A stretch of DNA of 63,981 bases, filler included, from Phoronis australis (GCA_002633005.1; 6 parts of 6 records of this genome joined end to end with filler, not necessarily neighbours in it); one strand, 5' to 3'. Counted from the whole stretch's first letter, positions 1-13,635 are shown. Made by a program: numbers and translations. Notes: a model not told the origin generated them from the letters alone.

Positions 1-1862
1 GCCATTTTGAAGCCTTTTAATTTCCGATGATTTTAGCAGTTTTGAACGTTAATTTCTGTCTAGTGCATATGTTAATATGCATGAACTTTTGCACACTGAT
101 ATTTTGGTCAATGACCAAGAGAACGGTTTCTCAGATTTTTGATTTTCCTTTAAACAATGAAGACATTTTGGGTTATGCAAAATGGGATGTTGTTTTGAAA
201 AAAAGTTTGATGGCTGATATCTGTTAACTTAGGGTAAATCAAAAATCTGAGACACTGATTTCTACTCTTAAGAATATATAATTTAATTACTAATTTGTTA
301 ACAGTTTAGGGTTTTTAGAAACTCTTGTTCTAAGCAAAAATTGAGATTGTTCTTACAAAAGGGTTGTAACGTGATTATAACAACATTTTAACATTACCAT
401 TTAGTGAAAATATATTCATAAACTAAAGTGAACAATTTCAGCACGAAAAGACTTCATGATTGTTCTTAATAGTTATTAGATGGTGTGTATGTTGGTAAAA
501 TGCAGTGTTCTTTCAGGTATCATTGAAATTTTTAAAAGTCCACGAAACATCTCTTTTGACGAATCCCCAACCACCTGCCTAAAGAGGAATTCCAAAAATG
601 TCAACTTCCTCTCCTTGTAGGTGTCACCGAAATCTTAAGAAAGTTTTAAGTGTAAAAAGTTGGTTGTTAACCCTTTTGCAGCACACATTTTGTACTCTGT
701 CTAAAATTGCCAATTCCTTAACATTTATGAAAAACTTCTGTGTATGCATTGATGGTGATGAATTTAATTATGTTTACAATAAATTGTTTGTTTTTACATT
801 TCAGATAAAAATAAAATTGCCAGATACAAAGTCTTCAGAACTAGACTTAAATGTGAAACAAAGGTTTCTGGACTGTCGGACTCCCAAGTTGTAAGTATTC
901 TCCTGCAGTGTGATGAAAATAAAAACATTACTAACAAAATTTTGCTAAAAATTCTAAAATCTTCGTATTGTGAAGTGTTTGTAGACAGATAAGCCATAGA
1001 GTGAAGTTAGAAAAAACAAATGAATTCAGGACTAATTCAAATATTACTTTTTGTTTGGGTCATCCACGAGTTCCAGTTGTATTTGTTATGTCACAAGATC
1101 CAGTAATGTCCGCATTTAAATTTAGGCATTACTGGAACACTCCACAAGCTGTGTGGTCTTGCAGTAGTGATCTTACTTGTGTTCCCAAACAATATTTCCA
1201 TGACCATCATTTATAGCTGTCATATCGTGGACATGGTTGGAGGTGTATAACCTAGGGTATAAAACCAGTCCAGGATGGGCCATCAAAAGCTGATAGGCTA
1301 GTGCCAAATTTTCTTCCTAGACGAGCAGGAGACAGTTAATATGCCTCTCAGATGTCCAATTCGGTTACTATTCTCCACTCCTCTGTTGTGTTGCTTTGGT
1401 CTAAAGGAAATACGTTCCAACAACTTCAAATGAAAAATCACTCCACTACAAGAGAAGTTTACATTTACTTCAAGAGTGAAATTTACCTTCCCAACACACA
1501 CATATACTTCAATGTACCACTCCGCGTGATTGGGTTGGACGAAAAGAATCGAATCAATGTCCACATTTGCCGGATTTATTCCTAATTTGATTACTTTGAA
1601 TCTCTGTTTAATATGTCACATAGATTTTTAGTTGTTTTAGTGCTTGTTGAACTATTAAAAAGTTTAGTACATGTACAAACTGAAACATAGCACACTGTAT
1701 TTGTGCGCGAAAGCATTCGTGATGTTAAACGTCTCACCCGAGGCCAATTTGTTGTTGTGTCTACAAGTCGAAGCCAGCAGACAGAAATTCATAGCCTTCT
1801 TGGCAACAAACTAAAAGCCAAAGTAAAAATGGCAACTTTTGGCAATACTCTTTGAGAAACAG

Positions 1863-2112
1863 CATGTGCACACCCAGGGGGGGAGCACCGGGGGCTCAAA
1901 CAAGCCCCCCATTTGGCTAAGTGGGTGAAAAGGCCCGCCTCAAAAACTCCGAAAAAAGTGTGAAACGAAACAAAAGTCCACTAAAAAGACAGGAACTACC
2001 AAAATTTGACGAATGCACAATTCATAACTTTGAAGGTACCCTGTGAATCTTTATAAAAGGTCCACATTCTCAAAAATTCAAGTCCCCCATTTATAGGCTC
2101 GGTGCGCGCATG
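1863..2112. mobile_element. Non-autonomous DNA transposon (MITE, CA...TG ends, hAT-like)
   Basis: Imperfect TIRs CATGTGCACACCCAG / CTCGGTGCGCGCATG flanked by AACAG on both sides. Related ends at ~18540-18783, ~19150-19400 (inverted) and 56241. Confidence 0.6.
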
Positions 2113-3230
2113 AACAGGCCCGTATAATTTCCTTGTATTCACTTTTTGTACTCACAAAACACTTACAATGAAGTAGACCGATCATCTATACGTTGTTCTT
2201 TTTCAGTAAACTAGGACTACATCTCCCCCATCCTGTAGACCATAAAAATGGAAAGGCAAAATTTGATGTGGACACGCATACGCTCACAGTAACATGTCGC
2301 ATGACAAGGGAATACGACTTCATGAACTTCTGAACTACAGCACTGCAGGCTGTTCAATGCAACTGATACATAGGAAGTAGCATACTGTGGTCAAGAAATC
2401 TTGTCTGGAGATGCATCCTGAACTGGTGCTCGTTGTAGTTTTTGCACATCTATTGAAAGATAGCAGAAATTAAGTGTTGCCGGATAGGTGCGGTAGTACG
2501 AGATTAGGCCAACTGACCACAAATAGGATGAGAAATGAACTGCCAATGTAGAAGGCTTAGATTCCTCATCACAAAAGGATGTAAAACTTGCTTACTGAGT
2601 CGTACTTCCCAACAAGTTTGTTATGACTGTCATTATCATTTTGTGGTTTTGTTGGCTGGTTAACATCGGTGGTTATTTGAAAATGTTATGGCTGTGACTA
2701 AAGTCTGCTTGCTTTTCACTTCACGTTGTTAGTTGGTATTTGGTTACCGCATGTGCAGTACAGTCCATAAATATTTCGTCCTACTAGTAACAACATGGTA
2801 ATGCACGGATTTCTGAACTACACTGTATTCTAATATTGACCAAATTTCGTGAAACTGAACTACTTTTTAAAAGTCAAATACTTTATTTATTATGTATCTA
2901 ATGTTCCAACATTCCAATGATAGGTGGTACATTTCAGTATTATGATTTTTGATTTATTACAAATAAAGAGCATTGCTAATTTATTCAACGAGCAATTATT
3001 TTTATTATTTTTTCTGCGTTTCAACCTCTTGCATAAAGCCAATATGTACCATAAGTTTGCTTAATTAAGTGCTTAAAGTTGTAAAACACTCATTGCCAAT
3101 GATTTTTCAGCATCAAAAACACTAACTGTTAAATTATAGACCACTCACCACTGTCAAAGTGGTCACAAATTTTCCCTTGCCAAGGTTTTGGGCTTTGAAA
3201 GAAGCAACAGCATGGATGCAATATTGCTCT

Positions 3231-3770
3231 CTGACTTGACTTGTAACCCTGGACACCTTGAAATGCATACGGCCTCCATGACTGCTCGTCATCTGGTCCA
3301 GTTGGTAGCCTTTGTTCAGATCTCATGCCAATAGAGAGGTGTTCAGATGTCGCAGTTCTTCTCCAATTTTGCATAGGACCGCCTTGCTACCGTCTCCCTT
3401 GGGGTTCCAGTTAAGGGCAAACTTAATGATAATATTTGCATTGGGCTGTCTCCATGACTTCCTGTCTGGCTCTGCTCCACAGTTTCATTTGTTACTGTGC
3501 CAGACCTCTCGATTCGCAGGATTTGCTGAAGACATCCGGTATTTGTTGATGATGGATTTAGTAAGTTGCCATGTCTCTGACCGTAAAGCAGGATGGACTT
3601 GACATCTGAGTTGAAGATTTTGAGTTTAGTTTTCATGGAGTATGTTTTGGACTTCCAGACAAGTTTCAGCATAGCCTGTGCTAGATGGGTCTCCTTATTA
3701 CGCGCCTTGATGTCTTTCTCTGTTCCGCCCTTAGTGCTGACTATACTACCCAGATAGGTGAATATTGCAC
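3231..3770 (-). mobile_element. RTE-clade LINE, degenerate 3' fragment
   Basis: FTYLGSIVSTKGGTEKDIKAR...VWKSKTYSMKTKLKIFNSDVKSILLYG is typical RTE RT C-terminal sequence. Frameshifted, ending in AAGTC repeats. Confidence 0.85.
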
Positions 3771-4124
3771 TGTACTGAATGAAAAATAAAGTTTTATGTG
3801 CCCCAAAAGCAACATGGCTGAATCCATGCCCGAACTCTAGAGGGCGCTTGTGTTGCACAATACCAGATGTTTTGTGGTTCTAAGTGCCCATCAAGAAATG
3901 TCACATCTAATTTAGCAGGAATGAAACCAGAAATTATCAAAGTCTTTTCAAATGAATGCACCGAGATAATTTATATTGCTTACATGTCATTTTTTACAGT
4001 TGTTAGAATCAATAAAAAGTCCTGAAATGGCATGAGAAATTTTACATCCACATCCTTGAACACCCATTTCTTTCACAAAAAGACAAATTCTGTACAAATC
4101 CCCACCCAAATATATCACGTAATA

Positions 4125-7100
4125 TCATAATGTTCCACTCTGTGGAGCAACACCATTCACAGTCTCTTTCTCATTTCCACCAACATTGCTGCTCTGTAGA
4201 GTTTCAGCAGCACCGTCAAGGGGTTCAGTTCCAGCTGCTGCCTCAGTCTGAGTTTTGGACAACTGCTCCTGTTGTTTGGTAAACTCTTCCACCATAGCTT
4301 CTTGTCGCTTGGCCTGTTGTACCATGAAGGTCCTCATGATTTTCTGATTGATGTTCAGCGCCTTGTTGGAACATGCTTCAATGCATTGCAACTGAAAGAA
4401 ACAACTACTACGTGTTTATTGGGTTATGACAGCAGCGTTATTAACACTGCATTCAGCCAAATGTTTTACAAAACTATTTATTTTATAAATAATTTAATCC
4501 TGCTAGTAAAAGTATATGTGAAGGAAGACAGTATGCACAATTCAATTTTGCACTAAATGCAAATCTGTTTTTGAGTGGATCACATTACCATGCCTTTTTA
4601 ATGAAATGTGGCAAAAAACAAAGATACATTTAGAGCAGGACATGGTATCAAGTACACAAATAAATTACATCATTTTCTAGAAAATTATTTTATTTTTGGC
4701 AGCTTTTTACTTCTTCACAAACACAATAAATCCCAATTTTCAATAGTACCTTACGCAAAAGTGAGGGAATCTAGGTTCACTATTAAAGAGGAGGCAGTGT
4801 GGCCCTGTGGAATAAGTCCGCTTCCTTTACTCAAGATTGTGGGTTTGAGTCCCACTGGGGCTCAGTGTTAAACCCTTGAGTCAGATCTCTAGCTCCTTAG
4901 CTCAGTTTTAACTATATATTTATGAAGCATCAATGGTGACCAGCGCACGTCTGTTGAAACTTGTACCAGACTGCCTGCAATTACTTTTTTGCTGTTGGAA
5001 CGTGATTTGGCAAAATAAAAAATGGGGATGCAAGAAGACAAAATTTGATGCTTCATTAATACCATTTTCACATCCTTGAAAACGTGACATACAACAAACA
5101 GCTTTAATATTGCCAGGAGTCCTTAATGGAAACATCAGGACACTTTCTTAAAAGGTGTTTTGGAAACTGCACATGGAAGACAAGAGAAAATATGAGACGG
5201 ATGCCTTGTACATCTTTACACATCTGTTGTTTTCATATGGAAAAATATCAAAAGATTTCTTTGTTTTTTTTTGGGAAAGAGATCAAGAAAAGCATACATT
5301 GAATATGGCGAACATAGCGACCAACTTCATACTACCTCGTTATCTGTCAAATCTCTGTAGTTGAAGTTGGACGCACATCTAACAAAGCAATGTTCCGTCA
5401 TCTTGTTATACTGTAGCAGGAAATCCTTGAACTACAAGCAAAGAAAAACATTGAAAAACACAGAAAGAAGAAAACAAAAAGCAACAGGTTATGCCAGAAA
5501 CAAAACGCCAGCATTTTAACATAGCAGTAAACAGCTTTGCGCAGACGTGGGTAAAAAAGAGATCAAATACAATCTGGCAAAAATTAGTGTCATTCAAAAA
5601 TACAATCTTCCTTGAGTTATTTATCGGTGTTGGTAAAATGATGGCGCAATCTTTTGCATTGGCTTTCAGCAGTTCACCGCCATGAAATATTATGTTACCT
5701 AGTATTGGCCAGTTTCTTTTCTCCTTGATTCCTCTAGCAACGGTTCTTCTCTTCCACAAGGTTATGTGCATGTCACAACAAATTGTCGCAACTGGTTTCA
5801 TTTAGTTACAAGTTTTTGGTATTTTAAAACCAGCAAACTGAATTTCAGAACAAAATTTCCTGCTGCAAAGGTGTCATCCCCTGAGAGGTGCCGCAAAATT
5901 TTAGGAAATGACATGTGTGCCTGTCACCAGCGTACTATTTTCTAAATGATGACAGACTTGTCTTAATTACAAGAGGGGGGGAATTAGGCAAGAAAATGAC
6001 ATTTATTAGAATATTAGATTGCTTTCACTTAAATTAAATGACCGTGCTGCAAGCAAGGACAAGGACAAGATGAGTGTCGGTTGACAACCAGATTTTGTAT
6101 GCACCACCACTGGTCAAAAGGTCTACATGTTGTCTATATAAGTTTCACGACGAGATGACAAACACATCTACCCAGGCTTTGTGAAATTTCAGGGTATAAC
6201 GCCACGGAGCTCAAGTCTAGACACAGTAGGTCAGTGCCAGTGGTACCTAGGCTAGCTGAATTTTGAGGAGTCTTCAAACAGCGTCAGTGACAGTGGCTGG
6301 TTGAAAACTGAGACAGACCCTGGGCAGAGGCACAGTCGTCTTCAGCATTTAATAGTCCCCAATACATTACAGATAGTGTATTGGGCCATGGCATTGGGGA
6401 CGATCAGAAGCTAAGGACGCCCGTGGCCGGCGTGGGCAGAGCAGCCAGAGCAAGAGGCACGTTTAGTAGTAATAATCTTTATTTAAAAGTCGGTGATCCT
6501 TAACAATGAAACATTAGCACAAGTGCTATTATCCGACAGATTTAAAATCTACAAAATGAACAGAACTAAAATACTAGCTAATTCTACAGTACGGAGAATA
6601 TACAGAACTTAAACATAAATGTAAGTACAAAAGCACACATACATGTTACGAAGCGTGTAGGCATCCATAGCAGTCTTCACAAGAGCAGATCTCAGAGAAA
6701 AAGTCATGAGCAAGAGTGATAAATTCATTTAAGGTAGTACATTGTCTCATTACTGATGGCAATGAGTTCCATAGCAAAGTACCTTTATGGGAGATTGAGT
6801 TACATCCGTAAGTCATCGTATTAAAGCGTTTCACATAGAGACAGTTTTCACCTCTGAGACCGTATCCAGACTCTCTAAATTCAAGCTTTCCTGACAAAGG
6901 ACAGGGTCCAATAATATGAACATTTTTGAATACTTCAATAGATAAGCATTTCATCCGCCAACTAGTTAGAGAGCAGCTCCTAGCCTTAACTAAGAGTTGT
7001 GAGTAGCTGGACTCGTTGTCATTGAACACAAACTTTAAAGCACGGTGTTGTATCTTTTCCATTTTCCTACTTTTCTGTATTCCACATAGGTGCCAAACGA

Positions 7101-7379
7101 GGGGGCAGTGATTAAAATAGGATCTTATAAATGCATAATATAACTTAAGCTTACTCTTAATGCCTAAAACATTTCGAAGACGGAACAAGGCATTCATCTG
7201 TCTAGAAGCTTTTTTGCAAATAACATCAACGTGCTCGTGGAATCTTAGCTGGCTGTCAAGTTGGACACCCAGCAAGTCATCAAGTGTTTTTAAAAAGTTT
7301 TAAAGGGTTAAATTAAAGAAATTAAAACGACAATCACGAGACTTACATTGCGCACACCTTCTTTATCAGTGGCGTCCAT
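4125..7379 (-). CDS. TIMM10B: Mitochondrial small Tim chaperone TIMM10B/Tim9b-like, 131 aa; coding exons 7379-7347, 5431-5336, 4391-4125
   Basis: Spliced translation [11 protein letters not shown]|[32 protein letters not shown]|[22 protein letters not shown]... has twin CX3C motifs (CFVRC, CIEAC) and an RNxxDFLxxYNxMTExCF motif like Tim10B. Both introns are GT-AG, phase 0. Confidence 0.9.
4790..4910 (+). mobile_element. tRNA-derived SINE remnant in TIMM10B intron 2
   Basis: A-box-like TGGCCCTGTGG and B-box-like GGTTTGAGTCC. No intact cloverleaf. Confidence 0.5.
6465..7275 (-). mobile_element. CR1/L2-group LINE, 5'-truncated copy in TIMM10B intron 1
   Basis: Uninterrupted 209-codon [24 protein letters not shown]...YCP-like VW...EKIQHRAL...LWNSLP (ORF2 C-terminus). 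The 3' UTR ends AATAAA followed by ATT/ACT repeats. Confidence 0.9.
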
Positions 7380-7649
7380 ATTAATTCAAACTTGCTTGCC
7401 TCGAACAAGAACAAAAATTCACGGGATAATCATTTCACGCTTCTTTCATAGTAGAAAAATTGCCAGCGCACATTCCCAGATGAAAACATGTTACGAATTT
7501 ATCGAAAATATGACATTTTTGCACAATATATGAAATATTTATTTGTAAAAGTGATTCAAGGTGATTTCTTAACTTATCCATCCATACTTTGTGAAGTTTG
7601 GTCATCTTGTTATGATTTGATTCGACTTTCACAAATCATGTGAACAACA

Positions 7650-7667
7650 CCGGAAACGGTGACGTCA
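7650..7667. promoter_or_regulatory. Candidate promoter elements upstream of TIMM10B: ETS-like CCGGAA and CRE palindrome TGACGTCA
   Basis: CCGGAA at 7650 and TGACGTCA at 7660-7667, about 280 bp 5' of the ATG. Motif match only. Confidence 0.3.
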
Positions 7668-8212
7668 ACATCCAACAAAAATCTATTTCTAATGTTGTAG
7701 AGGAGCCCTGAAAATTTTCTTCTCAAAATTACCTTAACTCTCGGGCTTCAGGGCTTAGCTGTTTGACGTAAGTATAGTTCGGCTTTACAAGACACACGCC
7801 AAGCGATTTAATTTCTAATCATGGATGAATACAGTGACTTGTCGGTCAGTTCTGACCAGCAGACAGTCATTGAAAATGTTGATTGGAAAGATAAAGACTA
7901 AGACTAAGAGGTCAATGTTTTCGTCACGTGGTAATGGTTTGCAGTTTGTTTTGAAATTCAGTGTCTTAGTTTCAACTTCTATCTTGTTTATTCTTGCCAT
8001 GGACCTTTTTATTTTGATATTTTAAAATATGAAAATAGGATTTATGTGTAATGTTCACCCCTGATCCCGAGCTAGGCACCAATATTGGCATGGTTCCTCT
8101 GCTATCACAAGCTATAGGATTTCGAGCAACAACAATAACACTGCTCACATGGCAAAGCACTCACTTCTTATGAACGTGGCTCATGGTCATGGCTCGTGGG
8201 CCTTTAGACTAA

Positions 8213-8364
8213 TGTTGTAGATGTGCTTCCGGTGAATTATATGAGCCTCTGTTAGCTACTCGCTAACGGGCAATTGCCTATTAGCTGAATGGTTAGCACG
8301 CTTGCCGGTTTTATGGGGGTCGCTGGTTCGATCCCCGGGTCGGGTAATCTCGGCTATTACTACA
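8213..8364 (+). mobile_element. 152-bp solo LTR containing a tRNA-like Pol III promoter (Helenus-type TRIM-like)
   Basis: TGT...ACA termini, CTAA direct repeat at 8209-8212 and 8365-8368. Internal tRNA-like stretch 8276-8346 with A box TAGCTGAATGG and B box GGTTCGATCCC. Confidence 0.7.
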
Positions 8365-8966
8365 CTAAGTTTACTGGGTTATAAACATGGCTCAGCACTC
8401 ACAAAAATGGCTTAGAGTTAGACGCAAAGGCCAAAGCACGACTCCTGTATCACAAACATGGTTCATGGACTGCAAACGTGGTCCATGAAAAAATGTTAAC
8501 TTTATTGGTCTTCACAGTGCTACCTGCGGGCAGAATGATAAATGTTTACAAAGACTGGTTACCGACATGTTCAGGAATGCGTGAGTTTTTTTTGCTTGGA
8601 TTATAAGTTGCATTTGACTACATGGTAAAAATTCCAAGTCACCAAAAAAAATCTGTAGTTGCCTAAACAGAAAGTTCCAGATCGCCAAATTAAATCTGAG
8701 GTTGCCTATCCGGCGTTAAAATCGTTGAATGAAAATTGTTGTTAAACCGTGTCGTGCCCCATTCTCATACATACCTCTCCACATTTTCAGTTTCTCCTCC
8801 CAAATGTACTTTCATTCTCTAACTCAATTTCTCTTGCCTACGAACCAACAGATGATTGCATTCACTGGTGGCGCGTATTTCACCGGTCTTGTCCCATTTT
8901 TGCCAAACAATTCCGACTAATGTCTGTTTACTTCCTGTTGTAATATAAGCTGGGGTTCGATATGTG

Positions 8967-9262
8967 CTGACTGCTGTGATGGCAAATGCACTGATTTAAA
9001 AAAAATGAATGGAACAATTCTGAACCAAAGGTAATTAATCTGGGAAAACTGTTAGTAATTTAAAGTTTGGAAGTCAACACGAACTTTGAAATGAATTTTG
9101 AGTGAATAAAGTGCGTGTTTAGTGATGTGCGCTGACTGCTATGATGGCAAATGCACTGATTTCACGAAATGAACGGAGCAATTGTTATTGAAACTCAATA
9201 CAGTGTATATCTAGGAAAACTGGCAGTAATTTACAGTTTGGAAGTGAACACAAACTTTGAAA
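8967..9262. repeat. Diverged tandem duplication, unit about 165 bp
   Basis: GCTGACTGCT(G/A)TGATGGCAAATGCACTGATTT...AGTTTGGAAGT..ACAC.AACTTTGAAAT occurs at 8967 and 9131. Confidence 0.8.
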
Positions 9263-10489
9263 TTTATTTAGGGGGATTATTGTCTGATTTGATACTCGTA
9301 GTGCCAGTGGGGACTTCGTGAAGACTTGAAAATTTTCCCTGGTCGCACGACATATGATATCAATATAATCAACCATATCTGAGATATGATGTTACTCAAA
9401 TTTCGACTAGGGTCCTAAAAACCAGAGGGTAGAAACTGATGATAAGACATGAGACGGAACATGGGATGTGGTGTTGGCTTCAAAATATCCTGCAACGTCC
9501 GTGTGCCTATCATAGTCTTAATAGGAAATTGCTTAAAACACTTCGTTTTCGCATCGTCATATTTTTTTCTGAGAGTCATCATAAGGTACATGTAAACAAA
9601 AAGATTTGTGTCAGTGTTTCTTATGTGGACGACAAAAATACGTAACGGTAGGTGATGCCATCCGATGTACGCATTAAACATAGAAAACAAAATCTAGGCT
9701 GCCTCACGCTGATATAATGGTCTCAAATTTCATTTGCCGGGGTCGCCATTTGGGGCTTGTTGTGAAAGCTGAAACGCAGATAACGAAATTGTTATTAATT
9801 TGAGTTTCCTAGATCTTTGAACGTTACACTCAGTGTCATTAATGATAGGTTTATTAACAGAATAACAGAAACCGTTTTCTGTTACGACATAGGAAACACT
9901 TTGTGTGCTTCACGCGACGTGTAATTTATTCATGTTTTAAGAAGACTTTTATCAGGTACATGCACATGTATGTTCCTTTAACTCCCTAATACATGTAACA
10001 TCAGCTCTGTTGCAGTAATGTACCATATAAAGATTATGATAATAATCTCTTTTAATGTTCAATACAATTTACTAAGACGTTCAAACGTTTTGATCAATAT
10101 TTCCTGCTTTTTAATAAGTGTCCTAATTCCTTGTCTACATGTGATGTACGTTAGTCACTTGGGGGAAGAAAATTGGATACTTTAGGAAACTAATCCATGT
10201 AGTGTCGCTGCGATCCAGTCAGGTGTAGGTCGTCCGCCTTTGAATAAGTCACGGACGTGGGTTATCTTTGGAGCACGGTGACAGTGGAAAGAAAACAGTT
10301 CGACCATGCGAGTTCCACAAACCCTGCCTTTTGTCTTTCTCCTGCTACCGTGAATTACGTTCTCACTGGACGCAGGAAAGCATGAGGTCTGCGCGTCATC
10401 AATTAGCACCAGTTAGTTACATGTAAAATGCTGTGCCGCTCTTCGTACATGCACCTAAAGTGAAGCCTGACCATTCTCACCATAACATC

Positions 10490-10800
10490 TAGTCGGTGGG
10501 CCAGATTTTGTAGGGCCTCCAGAAAATGTTTTTTGTGAGTACTTTATGGGGGCAATTTTATTTGGGTGTTTTTTAATTCATTTATTAGAGTGTTTTCAAA
10601 ATCTAAAAAGTTCCCACATATAAAGTTGCACATTTTTGAGAAATTTGAGTTTGAAGTTACATAATAATAACCAAAGACTCGGCTTAGTAAACTTATATTT
10701 GTAAAAACAACAGTTTTGGTGACGTTTTTGTAAAACAAGTAATATGGTCCCATCAGTGCCATTGTATTGAACAATATTACACTCACATTACACGTTTTAC
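10490..10800. mobile_element. End of an Academ-like DNA transposon, running into a gap
   Basis: Near-identical to 27884-28190, starting TAGTCGGTGGGCCAGATTTTG. Confidence 0.75.
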
Positions 10801-10900
10801 NNNNNNNNNNNNNNNNNNNNNNNNNNNNNNNNNNNNNNNNNNNNTTAATTAATTAANNNNNNNNNNNNNNNNNNNNNNNNNNNNNNNNNNNNNNNNNNNN
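10801..10900. other. Scaffold gap with synthetic TTAATTAATTAA six-frame-stop linker; same at 35772-35871, 39776-39875, 44583-44682, 62796-62895; plain N gap at 50566-51244
   Basis: The identical 100-nt N/linker pattern occurs five times. Confidence 0.95.
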
Positions 10901-13635
10901 GTTCTGCTAAAATAATCAAGAATTTTCTGATAGATCGTCTGAAAGGTATGTCATGTAATTAAAATTACTTGTTTTTCAAATTTCATCACACAATATCTTT
11001 GTAAATTCAAAATTTATTTCTTGCTGAAGTCAAACATATGGTAATACCTTTTCAGCTATTGTTTCTTTATTGTTTTGTGATGTCTATACGAAATGTGCTG
11101 AGATGGGGTTGGTCGATCCTGTATTCTGAAGGACCTTTGATAGTCTCTAGTGCAAGGGAACTTTAGTTCGAAGGACTGTCAGTCTGAAAGTGATCTGGGT
11201 GATGACATTACAACAGAGTTTACAGAAGACTGCTGTTTTTGTACATTTAAGCACAGTTAAGAATTATTATGAATGCAAATGATAACGACTTTGTTTTGAG
11301 GATGCACGCCTCTTTCGTCATTTTATCTAGTCATCCTAGCTCTGCCACCCACCATTCATGGTCATGGCAATATGGTTACCTGGCACTCTTTTGTGCTTGC
11401 TAATCAGACTTATTGCAAGATGTAATGCTCAGTGGGCCAATCAGACCAATGGCCCTTCCGCTTCAGAAAATCAAAAGGAAGGCATACTCGGTTGTGACTT
11501 ATCACCAAATACAAAAACATCTTTACTATCCAGGAACAAAATAAAGGCCTGTAACTCTCGACAACTCTGAAAAGTTGGAAAAATTTTGAAACTCTTGAAA
11601 GTCAGCTAAACGGCCAAGCGCGACTACGCTTTAGAGAATTTCATGGCAACTGTATGAAAAGACCACCCACCAAGGACCAAAAGGCGAGATATGGGTGCAA
11701 GTTTTTAGCAATTCCAGCTCTTTCAAGATTGATGCCAATGATGCATGAGCAGATGGCAGGAGCAGGGTTTGTTGAATTCATCAAAACATTGTTTAGTTTC
11801 CTTTTTAAGTGAAGTCAAATTTTCACAAACAAACAAAGCTTAATTTTTTCAGGTTAACACTCTTTAGAATAAAGGTCCTTTGGTCTTGAGACCAAAAACC
11901 TATAAAAAGGCCACTGCTCCTAAAACGTCTTTCCTACTAACTCCCCTTTGTACTATCGACCTGCAGGGATGCTAAAGGGGACTCACCTAACAGATTTGAA
12001 CTACGAAGAAATCACAAAAGTATTGTTATTATTATAATTGTTAATGTTATATTATTGTTTGTGTAAAATAGTGTATTTTAGTAAGAATGTAGGATCCACG
12101 TCTATGGTCTGAAGCTCCAGTGTTAGCTCCAATCCTTAGTGCGACAACAAAAAGTGGTAGCTCTAATGTGCAAACCTCAGCTAAATTCATGCTCCAGTGG
12201 TGACAAATATTCACCATATGAACAAGACATACGCGTAAAGTATAACTAAAGATTCCATAACTAAATATATACCTCACAGGAATGATAGCTTTTGCTATCT
12301 GTGCAAGAATACCTGCCAAATGATTACAGTTCTACTCTAATTAAATTGTGAAAAGTGTAAAAAATGAAACTAAGTAGATACCTGTCAGGCCTAAGTTTAA
12401 TAAAATATACAAAAATGCCTTTAATTCCCTAAAATTAAGTCTTGGACACTGTAACAAAAGCTGTTTTATGAGAGCTTTCACAATACATTTATTATGGAAA
12501 AGAACATCCTGCCCAATCTTCAAACCTTTATTGTAAGAAAATGTATGTTTAAAAACTTCAATTTTATTTTCAGGCGATACATTGAATTAATGTCAACAAG
12601 AGTATGAAGTCTGGAAACTTTTAAGATAAAGGAAAAATTTCCAAACTATGCAATGATGCTGAGAGTGATGATGACAATACAACAGTCTCCATCGAGGTGG
12701 GAAAATAGTCATTGGGATCTGTTTGTGATGCACAAAGTGATGATAGCAGGACATTTGATAATGGCGTAGCGAAGTTACCAGGATCTGCCCTTACTAATGA
12801 TAGTGACAATGAATATTTTAATTATGTTTTTGTGTCTTAAGCTATATAGTGCCACCTTCGTTCCCTAGGGTCTTCATCATCACCATCATCACTTCAACCA
12901 CAGTCTTTCAGAACCTGAGTTTTGTTAATTAGACAATACAGGCAAATGGCATTGCAGTTTTTGCAGTTTAAACATCTTTAAAAATAACTGTTTTCAGTTA
13001 TTGAGAATTGTAGTCACTATGCATGAGAGATTTTGTATGAAGAAAGCAAACACCAATTAATCTAAAACTGTCAAATTTTCTTTAATAACATTTTTAGTGG
13101 TAATTGTTACTAAGATGGTTGGATTTTAAAATTGTGGTGACTGGAAGTCTGCTAAGATGTGCAGGATGAAACTGTTTGTACATGCATATCACAAGCATTG
13201 TTCCTATGGATGTATATGTATCCTCTATATTTGGTGCCCGTCACTTGATTTTAAAGATAATTATGGTATTTATAGTTCACTATGTGCAAGATCAATAAAT
13301 GATTAAACGTTCATCTGTGAGACTTTTGTTGGCGAATTAAGCAAGAATGTCTTTCAAAATGGTGCCAACGTATTTGTAGATTAGAAGAGTATCTTTATCA
13401 AGGGTATCAACTTACACCGTAGAGCCTGACACAGATACATGTAGTGTCATCTGCTCACGTGTCAGAATAATAAACAAATAAAAGCATCATACATTTCTAA
13501 GTTCGAAAGTGGTAAAATCTGTTGTGGTCTTTGGAGGAGTGTATTTTGTCACATAAAGAATTTAACCGAATGTGATACATATATACATGTAGTTGGGCGC
13601 TCGTATATTGGGTGGATTGTAAGAACAGTGGAAAA

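Noticed and set aside
8276-8346. Functional tRNA gene
   Set aside because: Acceptor and anticodon stems pair poorly, and it lies inside a TSD-flanked TG...CA unit.
10846-10857. TTAATTAATTAA palindromes within N runs (five sites)
   Set aside because: Synthetic scaffolding linker with stops in all frames; not biological.
10901-12830. Exon-like fragments as missing SLC15 A exons or a transposase
   Set aside because: Frames I tried are interrupted by stops and I found no recognisable motif.
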